A stretch of 63,950 bases of DNA, counting the filler, from Choristocarpus tenellus KU-1152 (lineage: Eukaryota; Protista; Phaeophyceae): assembly GCA_964200185.2 (NCBI GenBank). It is 14 parts of 14 records of this genome, joined end to end, with 100 filler letters (N's around TTAATTAATTAA, not from the genome) between each part and the next. Parts side by side here need not be neighbours in the genome. Positions count along the whole stretch, not along the records: positions 37,947 to 40,832 come from CAXNAD020023924.1; positions 40,933 to 44,285 come from CAXNAD020020596.1; positions 44,386 to 48,250 come from CAXNAD020017505.1; positions 48,351 to 51,854 come from CAXNAD020019579.1; positions 51,955 to 60,943 come from CAXNAD020004111.1; 9 more parts are not named here. One strand, given 5' to 3'. The notes beneath the pieces are model-generated. The model did no database searches and was not told the DNA's origin. It worked only from the letters and a program-made list of their open reading frames with translations. A program made the position numbers and the translations under genes. This document shows, piece after piece, positions 39,815-52,110 of this stretch (positions within the stretch are counted from its first letter, which is position 1; each line of letters opens with the position of its first letter).

Positions 39815-41235
39815 CTGGTGGGTACATACATACAGCGAGGAATTTGGCAAAGAGACAGCAGACAAGGAAGGAAGTTCAGCAAGAGTTCTCCAACGGCACT
39901 TTCCTAAGAACAGTCCATTGAGTCGTGGAGATTGAAGTAAAAAAGAAATGGCAGCAACAATACACAACAGAAAATATATAAAATATATAAAAGCGCTCTC
40001 ACACATCTCCATCACTGAAAAACAACAGACAACACACACTAAAGTACCAAAGGAGGAAGAGGAGGAGGAGGAGGAGGAGGAGCAAAGCGATGTCATCACA
40101 CTACAGCTTCCGTGACAAGACTCAGAAAAACAAAACAAAAAATGATCGTAACCCGGGTATAGACAACTAGAGTGTACCCCCCCATCACACGCACTTGCAG
40201 CTATCTCACTTGATTGAATGAGCTAAGAAAGGCCCCATTTTTTATTTCTTAATCAAGGAGCAAGCAACAAAGCGAAAGACTCGCATTCCATTTTATATTT
40301 CTTCTTGTATATACTCTGGAGTGTGTACTGCAGTCTGATTTCTCTAACCCTAACCCTAAGATCGCAACAAAACGCCAGCACCTTTTTAAGGTTCAGCCTC
40401 AAAATCTATCTCTACTGACAGCAATTTATTTGTCGGTGCCATCTCAAACTGTCATTTCTTCCTCCAGCCCCCCGCCCCCCGCCCCTGCCCCCGCCCCTGC
40501 CCCCACCCCCCGAAAAAGAGTCAAATGAACATGAAACACCTCATCCAATCTCATCTCTTCAACACTCTTTTCATTGAATGAGCAGTGGGACACTTCCATA
40601 CAAAAGAGGTGAACGGTTTGGACAAAGATGGGAAAATATAAAAAATACAACATTTCTAGTCACAAAAAAAAAAAAATCCGCCATAGGCGATTTCAACAAC
40701 ACAAGCCTATTCAAGAGAGATATACGCGCACCAACTTGATTCAAGTGAACCACACTATTAACACATTATCGACACATTATCGCTTTAACCCCCCCCCCCC
40801 CAACAACAACTCTTCAAGCCCACATTGTAGCANNNNNNNNNNNNNNNNNNNNNNNNNNNNNNNNNNNNNNNNNNNNTTAATTAATTAANNNNNNNNNNNN
40901 NNNNNNNNNNNNNNNNNNNNNNNNNNNNNNNNGTGACTCTAGTTTGAAGCGCATGACACGTCGAGACAATGCCACTTGCGTAGTCACCGAAACAATTTGG
41001 CGAAATATCGACATGTATGTGTAATTTCACTCTCTTCTGAGGAACATGGCTGTTGGAATGATACCAGTGTTGAATTACCACTTAACTAGGCACAGTTATC
41101 GTAAATCATCAAACGAATATCATTAGGACATATATGTAACGGTGACAGTTGTCGTAACTCATTTATCTCGATATAAATTATTATGTCCTCTGACATTTTG
41201 CAGATGTGTGAAGGGAAAGCCAATTCAATATCGTA

Positions 41236-42930
41236 CTCCCTCTGTGCCATAAGTCTGGCCGTTAAGTTATATCTCTTCAGGATGACCTCCGATTACAAAA
41301 CGGGATTTTGGGTTGGATTCCTTGTAGTATTTACATCAGAATGTACTTTCAAATAATTCCACAAAGAATTCTGTTCTGAAATAGTTCCGAAAGAATGGAC
41401 CACAGAATGGGGCATATTCCTATATATTTTTTTGTTCCTGCTGCAGCATGGAGTCATACAACACTCTCACAACCCTCATGGCGAACCCCACAGCCCATCG
41501 TCCCCAGCACGAAGCCCACTGTCTTGGGGAAAGAACTGCAAGCAGACCAAGGAAGGTCGGATTGCACTTGCTCTGCGTTATGCATGGCCTCTTCTTCTGG
41601 GTCACGAGAGGCCCCAGAGGGATGTGGGGTCTAAATTGACAAAAGAGTTTGGAGTAGGAGAGAGACACCCTAGACGGGTGTGGGCGCGCGTCAAAGAACC
41701 GTTAGGCAGGGGGAATACCATCTCCCTGAAATCACAAGCAAGATCTGGACGGCCGTCAAACTTTACGCCAACAAAATAAGCAAAGATCCTGGAAATCAAA
41801 ACCAGTAATCCTACACTGACTACTGATCAACTTTCCACCAAGCTCGCCAAAGCGGGCCTTGCAGTCGGCAGCTCAAAGCTTCATCGTTGGCTCAAAGCTA
41901 TAGGAGCAATGAGAGTTCAGCGGTGCATCACCCCTAGCCTTTCGTTTTCTCGCAAGAAGAACAGGGTGGACTTCATCCTCAACCAGATCTCCCGCAACCA
42001 CAAAACACATAGGACTGGCCTCAACACCATCAACGAGGTGTGGTTCTACCTCATCCTCAAACGAAAGATGGTGCGCATGTTCCCGGGAGAGGAAAAGGTG
42101 AGCTCGACAAAGATGCAGTACAAGAGAGTCACAATCCCAAAGTGATGTTCATCTCCACCCATTTGCACCCAGATCCTTCCTATGATTTTGACAGCAAGAT
42201 AGGGATCTGGTGGGTTTGCGTCACGAAGGAGGCGCAACGGACTACAGCATGGCACATGAAGGGCAAGGAGTATGAGTTTGATGTCACCGTTGACGCTGAG
42301 CTGGAGTGGTACACAGAGTAGCTGTTGCCAGCAATCAAGGAAAAATGCCGTGACTGGAATCAGGGAAGGCCTCCATACAGCAGGACGTTGCAACCCCGCA
42401 TATGGGCAAGGGCATAGTGCAGAAACTGAAGGAAGCAGGGATGGAGGGGGGAAGGAACACTACGCAGGCAGCACAGTCGCCGGATCTCAACATAAATGAT
42501 GGGGTTTTTTGCATATCTGAAGCGCAGGATTTGGGCGGAGCGTTACAGCACTGTTGATGAACTTGTGGCTCAACGTATCTGGAAGGGGTGGTGGCTGTCC
42601 ATTTTGGGGTTATTTTATCATGTCGCGATTTCTGGATGATTTGATTGCTTACATCCGATGGATACTGTAAATGCATTTTTCCTGATTTTGGTCCAAATCA
42701 ACACCCTGGCGTAGAACAAAAACCCCCCCCCCCCCCCAGATACTTTGGGTCTTGTAGAGGGGATTTCAAGCATGTTGCACACGTTTTGTGTAGATATGAT
42801 CAAGACGGTGTGGAAGAGTCTGTTTAAGAGATTTAATTGTATGTTAAGGGCGCTGGGCGGGAACGACTTTGAGGCAGAGCACATCGGGATCAAAAAAAGG
42901 CAATGGGAGGCGGGTTAGCTAAATCAGCCA
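41236..42930 (+). mobile_element. Tc1/mariner DNA transposon, plant-type (DD39D-like), degenerate
   Basis: Left end TA|CTCCCTCTGT is a Stowaway/plant-mariner-type TIR. Transposase fragments: SGRP, INEVWFYL, IPKVMF, FDSKIGIW, QQDVATPH, AQSPDLNIND, GGNDF. No right TIR found. Confidence 0.88.
42567..42751 (+). mobile_element. MITE family B, nested in the mariner transposase
   Basis: Complete TIRs and a 4-bp TSD TTGT. Confidence 0.9.
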
Positions 42931-42992
42931 AAGCAGACCGAGCGGCCTCAATGGCCCTGGATTGGTGGGTTGACGGTGTCGAATAAAGGTGA

Positions 42993-43225
42993 GGATAAAA
43001 GTATCTTAGAGGTTAGAGCCGTGTCCGTTTGGGGGTCAAAATACAATGTTGCGATTTTGATGTAATTTTTGCTATTGTATTTGTTTAGAAGTGTCAATAT
43101 CCTTGTTCCGGACACAGCTTTTCATAACGTGTACATTTTACCGACTCTGAAACATTTCGGAGTAGGAAAAATGTCATAAAAAACCCTTGGGGAGTCAAGC
43201 CACAAACGGACAATCAGGGTAACTC
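42993..43225 (-). mobile_element. MITE family A, one end degraded
   Basis: Reverse-complement match to the family consensus. Confidence 0.85.
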
Positions 43226-43279
43226 TCCAAAATCAATGTACTATTTGACTATCAGGTATGCCTCCAACCTAGCTTAGCC

Positions 43280-44285
43280 CTATACAACAGCGCGAGGAAC
43301 TAGGGAAGCATCCCAACAATCTGACAGGTCCCTCCTTGCCCATTTCCCTGGTGTCTCCAGCTTAAAACGTATGAAACGTCTTGATAGAGCCACTTGTGTT
43401 GTGAAAGACACTATCTGTCGTAAACCGGATTTGACAGCTCCTTTCCTGCTATAGCCTCCCGTCCCTCTCCCCCCTACTGCGTATGTAGCCAACTCATTCA
43501 GAAGACTTTCCGCTTACTTACCAAGCCGCCCAAAACTTTCCACTGCGAAGGTGTTAAGATTAAAACCACAAGGGTCAAGAGAGCCCTCATAGTGGGTGCG
43601 CTTTTGTGGCTTGGTTGCAGCAGCAGCTACACCAATGTTGATAGATGAGTGCAGTAGATGAGAGGCTGCCTGCACTTCTGCAAATATGACATCTAGGATG
43701 AAGCCTTTGTACTGGTAGAGTGTTGGTTCGGCGTCTGCAAGTGCCCCGGCGTGGAAGACCACATCTCTGTGCAGAAATTCCTGTCCACTGTGAATGGGTT
43801 ACCGTCCTCCATAGTGGAAGGGATGCCCATTCCTTTGCAGTGTTGACCTAGACACTCCACCATCGGTGTGTGTTAGCGGACCTGTCCCTCTGCCCTAGGG
43901 CAGGTACGAGCATGCCTAGTGTCCACATTATGCCTCCTGCACCCAGCCACTGGGCACCTGTTGGATAGGGCCTCTTCCCTCCATAGGGATCTGCTGGCAG
44001 TGAGTCTAAATTCTGTGGGAGGGATCTGGCGTGCTGGTCCCAGAGGTTTTGTGGAGGCCCATGCATTTGCCCCTTGTCCACACTGGCTCTGGTGGTAAGT
44101 TAGGGCTAGCAAAGAATATTCCCTCCCTTGTTCTGCATCGTCTGATAGGTCGGCTAATTGCGTCCGGGAAGAGTTGAACCGGATCCTGTTCAGGAGGCGG
44201 GTAATCTTGAGTTGTGCCCTCCTTGTGATGCTGGCATCATGGGCTCCTAGAGTATGGGCCTCTGGGGCAGGTGTATGTTACAGGT
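43280..44285 (-). mobile_element. Non-LTR retrotransposon 3' part with restriction-like endonuclease (CRE/NeSL-like)
   Basis: CCHC knuckle CPVAGC..VDTRHARTC, then D.VF...LDV...K..HY...FAVESFGRLGK, the typical RLE C-terminal motif. Frameshifted. Confidence 0.75.
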
Positions 44286-45019
44286 NNNNNNNNNNNNNNN
44301 NNNNNNNNNNNNNNNNNNNNNNNNNNNNNTTAATTAATTAANNNNNNNNNNNNNNNNNNNNNNNNNNNNNNNNNNNNNNNNNNNNGGGGGTGACTGGACA
44401 TCAGTGACGAAGGGGGTTCACCCTGGGTAGTTATTAGAGGTGGGGGGTAACTAGGAAACCAGTGGCGAAGAGGTCGCACTGGGATGGTCGTAAGTAGGGG
44501 TAAATGGGGAAGGAAAGGGGAATGAGTGAATTGCAAACAAGGAATAAAAAAAATATAATAATCCAGAATTCGTGAGCAAAACAAATAGAAAATAGATTAA
44601 TATTTTTACATTTGTGACAACTGTTATTTCTTTAGAGATTTTTCAGACATGTGAATAGTTTTCATTAGGTTTTCCCCTGGAATATCTGCAAAATGTCAAA
44701 GGACATAATAATAATATATATTCATAAATGACCTATTTAGTATTATACAGCTTGAATATTCAATGTGAGGAATCTCATAGTACCAACAGGAAAGTTTATG
44801 AAGCAATCTTGAGTTTTGTGGACAAGATAATTATGGTAGTATGTGATATAGGGGGGGGAGAGGTGAGGAAGGAAAAAGAAAAAGTAGGCAAGGGGTGAAT
44901 GAAGAGTTAGGTATTGGATGATTAGGAGGTAGAAGAGGTAGGAGAGAAGTTAAAGAAGTGGTTGGTAGGTGGAGGTACAAGGTAAGAAGAAATGGTCAGT
45001 ACGTAAAGAAAACCGAGGG

Positions 45020-45395
45020 CTGGTGGTACAAGACGAGGAGGGCTAGAACAAGACAACGTACAAGCAAGCTCTCCCGCCCACCCACCCTTTCACTTGCTCA
45101 CGACCAATTGGGACGCTGGGTAAGGGGATGCCTTCTAGTTCGAAGGTATGGTATGAAGGGGATGATTAAGGGGTGCTCTCGGATGATTGTGGAGTGGTGT
45201 TGAGTGGTGTGGGGGAGTGGTAAGTGGTGTGGGGTTGAATGGGGGTGAAGGGTAGGTTGGTGACTGGAAATCAGTGGCGAAGGGGTCACACTGGTTGGTC
45301 ACAAGAGGTGGTACAATGGGAAGGAGGGGAGTCGGTGGAATGCAAACATAGAATAAAATAATAATAATCCAGAATTCGTGAGTAAAACAAAATAG
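45020..45395. repeat. Unclassified dispersed repeat (copies 44386-44590 and 63510-63838)
   Basis: CAAGCTCTCCCG.CCACCCACCCT..CTTGCTCACGACCAAT is shared with 63557. ATAATAATCCAGAATTCGTGAG.AAAACAAA is shared with 44555. Confidence 0.8.
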
Positions 45396-45715
45396 ACATA
45401 TTGTGTATATAATATATAATTCTGCTTGAAATTATTTAGATGAATCGAACAGACTACGGACTTGGATTAGGTTTAGGGTTAGGTTGAGACACCTCTCTAC
45501 TCCAGCTTTTTCATCAATTTTGTTGGAGAAGGATGTCCTACCCTATCTTCCACACAACCTCTTTGATGATGCTTGACGGGCTTGATCGAAGTAGTAAACA
45601 TACCCTACCTACAATCCCATACGGAATGTGTCATGGGCGTTGGGTGAAAATGGCAGTTTCACAAAAGCCATTGTGACCTGGAAGTCCTAGATGACATATA
45701 TTGTGCCTCTTGATT

Positions 45716-45973
45716 GAGTATAAGTATCTTAGAGGGTACGAGTTTTGCCCTGTTTATCCGTTTGGGGCTTGGCTTCCCACGGGTTTTTGATGATATTTTA
45801 CCTACTCCGAAACATTTCGGAGTAGGTAAAATATCTACGTTATGAAACGGTGTGTCTGGAAAAGGATATTGACACTTCCTAATAAAGAAGATAGCTCAAA
45901 TTACATCAAATCCTAACATTGGATTTTGGCCCCCCACATCGACGCGGTCCTACCCTCTAAGATACTTTGACTC
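45716..45973 (+). mobile_element. MITE family A
   Basis: Complete GAG...CTC TIRs; no matching TSD. Confidence 0.9.
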
Positions 45974-46799
45974 ACTATACTTTATTTATTCAAGGCATAA
46001 ATTTGCTTTAGCCTTCATGACAGTCCTCTTTATATACCCCAATACCAACAATAAACTGAATAATCAAAGTGAGAGATCTAACATACACCTCTACGAGCCT
46101 GATCATTCACCTACAGAAGGATTGTGGACTGGAGGTATATACCCCATCATGGTAAGCTTTGGAGAGTTTTGTAACACGTATAGAAGGGAAACCTACTCTG
46201 CCTAACAAGGGGACAATACAATGACCTTCCACAATGCCCAGATTCACAATTTGAAATATATGCACCATGTGCATATGTTGTTACAACGCCGAAGTTTCAG
46301 TAGGATCTCCATATTACAGCATGCTCCAGAAGCTTACCTGCACAGGATGAATAGCTCGAATCCACAGGCCTGTAGATGACGCTGATGCTCGTGCAAGCCT
46401 CCCAGGATACTCCGACAGTCAAAGGGTCCAATGCGGGTTAATGAACGTCAGGTCAGCAGAACAGGGGTACGTTTCTCAATCAATATCAGTATCAAAGTAT
46501 GGTCAAAATGCTTGCATCAAACCATCTGCCTGGTGGAGATTGTCCAACAACACAACACATGCTACCACTGAGATGGATGTCAGTGCCGACTTGTCTGGAA
46601 AGTAGGTGAGGCGGTATACTGGGCAGTCAGACCTTTCCAAAAAAAAAACAGAATGTAGATGGATACCCAAATGTGCTCTCACCTTAGACACAAACACACA
46701 ACATTGAGTGTTACAGGGCATACGATACATACATGAATACCCTTCTTCGAAATTTCTTTCAGTGATGCACCTCCTACAATAGCCATACAGGTTCATGTA

Positions 46800-48065
46800 T
46801 GGATAGAAGGGATAAGTACAGGAGTGTTACCAAATATTGTAGAGTGATTATTCCCAAGCAAAGGGGGCGATAACACCATCCCTAGCTCAAACAACTCTGA
46901 GCAGTTGCTAGACATAACTAGGTACTGGACTCACTGAAGAAGAAAATCCAAACAAACACGGATAGTTCAAAATCCAACGAAAAAACAAACCACTAAACAT
47001 AGTCTAATTTCAGCAATGCCCCTGCATGCCTCCAGAAAGATTCCTCTGCTAGAGGATTGGTCAGCACATCTGCATGCTGCTCATCTGTGTTAACATGAGT
47101 GAAAAGTATTTTAGAGGGTACGAGATTTGCCCTTTTTGTCCATTGGGGGTTGGCTTCCCATGGTTTCTTTTTATGACATTTTCCTACCCCGAAATATTTC
47201 CGAGTAGGTAAAATGTATACGTTGTGAAAAGGTTTGTCCGAAACATAGATATTGACACTTGCTAACAAACAAGATAGCTAAAATTACATCGGAATCGCAA
47301 CATTGGATTTTGACCCCCAAATGGACGCGGCTCTACCCTCTAAGATACTTCGGCTCATGAATGATCTGTATTTGCTCATTTGTGACCAAGTCCCTCAGGA
47401 AATGGTGTTGCACATTTATGTGCTTGGTCCTGCCAGAACTCAAAGGGTTGTTTCCCTTATGGATGGCCCCTGTATTGTCCTCACACACCACATAACGAGA
47501 TCCAGAGATATCAGGTTGAAGAAATTGCAGCACACCTCTCAAAAACAGTAACTCCTTCACACTGCCCCACATGACTATGTACTCAGCCTCTGATGTGGAC
47601 TGTGCAATGATACGCTGGATCTTAGAAAGCCAGGCCACTCCTCCCTCCCCCACACATCGCTGCCCCCTCTGATACAGAACGTCTGTCTAAAGTCTCATTG
47701 GCGACGTCTGCATCAGCATAGGCCACTAGTGTCAGACCTGCTCCTTTCTTGTAGGTTAAGCCCAACTCCTGCGTTTCCTTCGGGTATTTGAGGATCTGGG
47801 TCACAGCTCTCCAGTAGACACGACTTGGAGCATGTGAGTGACGGGCTACAACTCTCACTGCATTAGCCACATCTGGCCTGGTCATGTTATTGACCAACAT
47901 CAACCCCCTAAATGCCCAACGAGAAGGGCAAATCCTCTGACAGGGTATCTCCCTCCCTGATTCCCAGCTTTCTGGAAGGGGCAGCAGGGATGGGACTTGT
48001 TTGATTGGGTGGAGAAACGCTCACACAAAGTGTCAATGTAGTTAGTGTTTCAACAGTTAGTCTGG
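46800..48065 (-). mobile_element. Ty1/Copia fragment (RT end, RNase H, PPT/LTR start), same family as 31300-36120
   Basis: TRPDVANAV, LVAYADAD, AQSTSEAEY, EDNTGAI, RTKHINVQHHFLR, QHADVLT. The 3' UTR is colinear with 35694-35820. Confidence 0.92.
47097..47356 (+). mobile_element. MITE family A, nested in Copia RNase H
   Basis: GAG...CTC termini. Removal leaving one AT restores IQIIHVNTDEQHAD. Confidence 0.9.
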
Positions 48066-48394
48066 GTAATGGAGAAGGTTTAGGGCTAGGGTTAGGGTTA
48101 GGGTTTGCACTTACATTATCCATCCAACGCATGCAATCAAATCACCCCAAAATCACGACAATAAGAAATGGACCCCGAATGGACAGCCACCCCCCCCCCC
48201 CCCCCCACACCCCCCGCCATTCAAAAAAACAAAGCCCCAGGGAGAAAAAANNNNNNNNNNNNNNNNNNNNNNNNNNNNNNNNNNNNNNNNNNNNTTAATT
48301 AATTAANNNNNNNNNNNNNNNNNNNNNNNNNNNNNNNNNNNNNNNNNNNNTGCAATCTCCGTTAAATTGTCTGGCCTAATCCGAGTATACACTT

Positions 48395-48652
48395 GAGTCA
48401 AAGTATCTTAGAGGGTAGAGCCGCGTCCATCCAGGGGCCAAAATCCAATGTTGCGATTATGATGTAATTTAGCTATCATGCTTGTTAGGAAGTGTCAATA
48501 TCCTTGTTCGGGACACACCTTTTCATACCGTATACATTTTACTTACTCCCAAAAATTTCGGAATAGGTAAAATGTCGTAAAAAGCACGTGGGAAGCCAAG
48601 CCCCAAACGGACGAACAGGGAAAAACTCGTATCCTCTAAGATACTTTCACCC
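48395..48652 (-). mobile_element. MITE family A
   Basis: Complete TIRs; TSD ACTT. Confidence 0.92.
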
Positions 48653-49249
48653 ACTTGTTTATTTTTAACTGGAACTTCAAAAGTTACAAAATACATAGCT
48701 CTGATTGGGCATACAATTCATGCATCTTCCGTTCCAATCTTCCCGGTTATATAAATGCAAGTGCTATCAAGGATTAGACTTATATTATTCATGACCTACA
48801 CAGCATCTGATTATTGCCTGTCCTATGCCCCCCGTCTCGGTACGACCTCCATGTTACAGCGCGCCCCAGAAGCTTACCTCCACAGGATGTATAGCTCCAA
48901 TCTACGGGCCTATAGATGATATTGATGCACGTATAGGACTCCTGATGCACAAATCGTCAAGTATGCTGGATCTGTCACTCGGTTAATAATCAATATCATC
49001 GTATAAAAGGAACTGGTCTACGATGTCTTATCACAATCGGGGACCATAATGACCAAATAATAAAGTAATCAAGAAGTACAATTATATCAAATCTAGAACT
49101 TCAACCTCATAATGGTGTTTATGAAATCGCCATCAAGACATATCGCCTGTAACAGAACCACCAGAGATGAGGTTCAGAAAGGAAATGAGAGATGGGACGG
49201 AGGCATGGTGGATGCACGTTGACAACCTTGGAGTACCATGTTGATCGAT

Positions 49250-51730
49250 TTTCAATGTGATTGGTTGCGACCAGTCAGAACAGAAAACACCATCCCTGGC
49301 TTTGCTAGTTTGAATCCACTGTTCATGTTGGGGTTACTGCAAGCTGCAGTCATGCGTCTGACCCACACCACATGACCTCGACTGGCCTCAATGGCAAAAG
49401 GTGACAACCCCGAAATGCACGTGCCTGCTCTCATTATCCACATCACTTTGTCAGAGATCCCAACAAGGGACCTGTCCCTGACATTAACACCCCCCCAATG
49501 TGGATTCCATACTACACAAATAAGTGGCTAGCAACCACTTCATGTCGGAAATGTAACCCATATATCTGGGGGGGGGGGGGGGGGGTTTACCCCGGGGGGG
49601 CCATTTTTGGACCAAAATCAGGTAAAGTGTATTTACATTATCCATCCGACGTACGCAACCAAATCACCCAAAATCGCGATATGAAAAAAATGACCCCAAA
49701 TGGACAGCCGCCATCCTCCCCAGATAATTTGAGCCTGTCCGAGAGAGGAAAACTCCTCGTTGAAACAACTTGGGAAAAAATGAAAAAGTGGAACACTAGT
49801 GGTGATTAGCCCTAGGTCACTCTAGTTCCAAGGTAGGAAAATCTGTGTTCATGGGTGGAAAGTGTTTTGAGAAAAATGGCGTGGACCAGGCTGTCTCCTA
49901 CGTGCCTCCAGGGATCTGAGTGGATGAAATTTTAGTATCATCAAGACATCCATTGAGAAAGTTGCAGGGATAGTGTCAAGAGTGATTGGAAAAATATTCC
50001 TCTCCTACTGTGCCCTAAGTACAACACTTGCCAACCAAGTTGCTTGCATAAACAGGAAAAAACTGACTTAATAATATATTTTTTGTATTCACATTTGTAA
50101 ATATTTGTAAAATGAATTGATGTCATGTATCATGCTTCTTCACATGTAGGACTAACTGGTGTTTATAGTTCTCCAGACTGGAGCTATGTTTCTACCCCAC
50201 AAGCCTGAGTCGTCTGATAGATAAACTCACCCGAACTGTGCCTGCCATGGAATGGTCTTCAAGAAATCATCAGCATCGCTTTTGCCATCTTGGAAAAATA
50301 CGAAACAGAAACGTCTTCTCTATCAGTGAACTCTGATGGCAACTTACCATGCCAGCAAACCACTAGCATATGGGAATTAATCGCACTTTCCGGTCCACAA
50401 CGAGGGTTATCACAAACATTATCGGAGGGAAAGTTTAACGTGGACGTCTAGTTGTTGGTAAACAACTTCTTCGGCTGTTCACAGGGCAGTAGCCTTTCTT
50501 TCATTTTCAAGGCCAGTCACTTGGTCAGTGGCTCTTACATTGTATATTTCCAACTTGTTCTCTTCCCTATAGGCTCGAAAATCTCTAAACAATCAAGATT
50601 TCAACAGGTTTGCGCCACACATCACTGACCACTGAATGTTCTTGAAAGCAAAGCCGGTACACATACAATTGCATGTGGACTTTCTTTCTACACCTCGCTG
50701 GTGATCAACAAAGCATTCCACAGCGTATAATCCAATAATTGTTTGTGTCTTCGACCCCTGATCAAGATCTGGTTCGGGTAATACCCATCCTAAAAAAGGT
50801 GAATAAAGAACGACCATATCAGGCTCAGTGGCTCCCCCTTTATGTGGTTCGAGTCGGGTCACATGAACTGTCACCTCTCACAACGGTCTTCCAAGTGTTT
50901 ATGCGATATACAACGGGTGTTAGAGATGCCTTCACCTCATAAGGCCCTCTCAATGGGACAAAAAAATGGGGTTCGGTGCATTAGCTGAAGTGTCCAGTTT
51001 GAGCCACAATTCAACCCCTGACTTACAGATTGGGATTTTACAGTGTTGAATTTATTCCTCTGTGTTATCTCATCAATATTTTGCTTGGCAAGTTTGTATG
51101 CTAGGTGCATTTTTTTCACTGCTCTTGTACTGTATTCTTGTGTAGTTATGGGGGTAGGCTCAGGAGACCCCAGAATAATGTCAATTGGTAAAATTGGACC
51201 CCCTTCCAAATATGAGAAAAATGGTGTTTCCTGGACAGTGTTACCACAGGCTGTATTATGTGCTAACTGCATAAAGAGCGACAAGGATGCCCAGACAGAT
51301 TTGTCCATATTCGAATACATGGCCAGCATACCATGCATCATGCAGTGATTTATTTCACATATGCTCCTGCATTGGGGTCGATATGCCAGTCTTTATTCTG
51401 TGAGAACCATCCACTTTCCGTAACTCTGCTAGGAGTTATTCTCAAATCTTTTACCTTGGCCAGGGTGGAGTGTTTCAGGGGAGTCAAAAATTGAAATAGT
51501 GGCAGTCAAGTAGAGCTTTAGCCACGATTTCTCTTGATTTTTTGCAATGCCAATCAAGATTCGGAATCTTGTAAGATGGTCTACAGTGGATAACACATAT
51601 TGTGCGCGATCAGACATTATCTTTCATTTGACAAGGTCACTCGTGAGCCTGAATGGATGTATAACGGGCACATGTCTAGAAGGTAGTGAAGTAGAAGTAT
51701 CGGAGGTCTTCCGTCCCTGACATGAAATGC
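49250..51730 (-). mobile_element. Second degenerate Gypsy/chromodomain copy (integrase, chromodomain, 3' region, LTR start at 49483)
   Basis: YVLSTVDHLTRF, MHGMLAMYSN, VHVTRL and YAVECFVDH are colinear with 14459-17150. Confidence 0.9.
49555..49735 (-). mobile_element. MITE family B, nested in the Gypsy 3' region
   Basis: Reverse-complement match; TGT/TGT flanks; absent from the copy at about 14530. Confidence 0.85.
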
Positions 51731-51768
51731 CAATTCCTAACATATTTTTGCAAGGTCGACCAAAGATA

Positions 51769-51854
51769 GACTCAAAGTATCGGGGGGAGGGGGGGGGTGG
51801 CTGGCCATTTGGGGCCAATTTTTTCATGTCGCGGTTTTTGGGGGTTTTGGTTGC
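51769..51854 (+). mobile_element. MITE family B, truncated by contig end
   Basis: GACTCAAAGTATCGGGGG..GGTGGCTGGCCATTTGGGGCCAATTTTTTCAT. Confidence 0.85.
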
Positions 51855-52110
51855 NNNNNNNNNNNNNNNNNNNNNNNNNNNNNNNNNNNNNNNNNNNNTT
51901 AATTAATTAANNNNNNNNNNNNNNNNNNNNNNNNNNNNNNNNNNNNNNNNNNNNCATGTGCAGCGGCCTAGCCTTATGATGGCAAATACAACTTTCCACT
52001 GAGTCTCCTCACTCTTCCCCCCCCCCCCTCCCCCCCTGTTTCAAATCTTCCCTATCCATAACCTTAAGCTTTGGTCCTACTCCCTTTCACTGACTTGTTG
52101 TGTGTTGCAG

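Noticed and set aside
2930-44285. Fanzor/TnpB-like nuclease associated with the DNA transposon remnants
   Set aside because: I found no RuvC motifs or C-terminal zinc-finger/DRDxNA pattern in any ORF.
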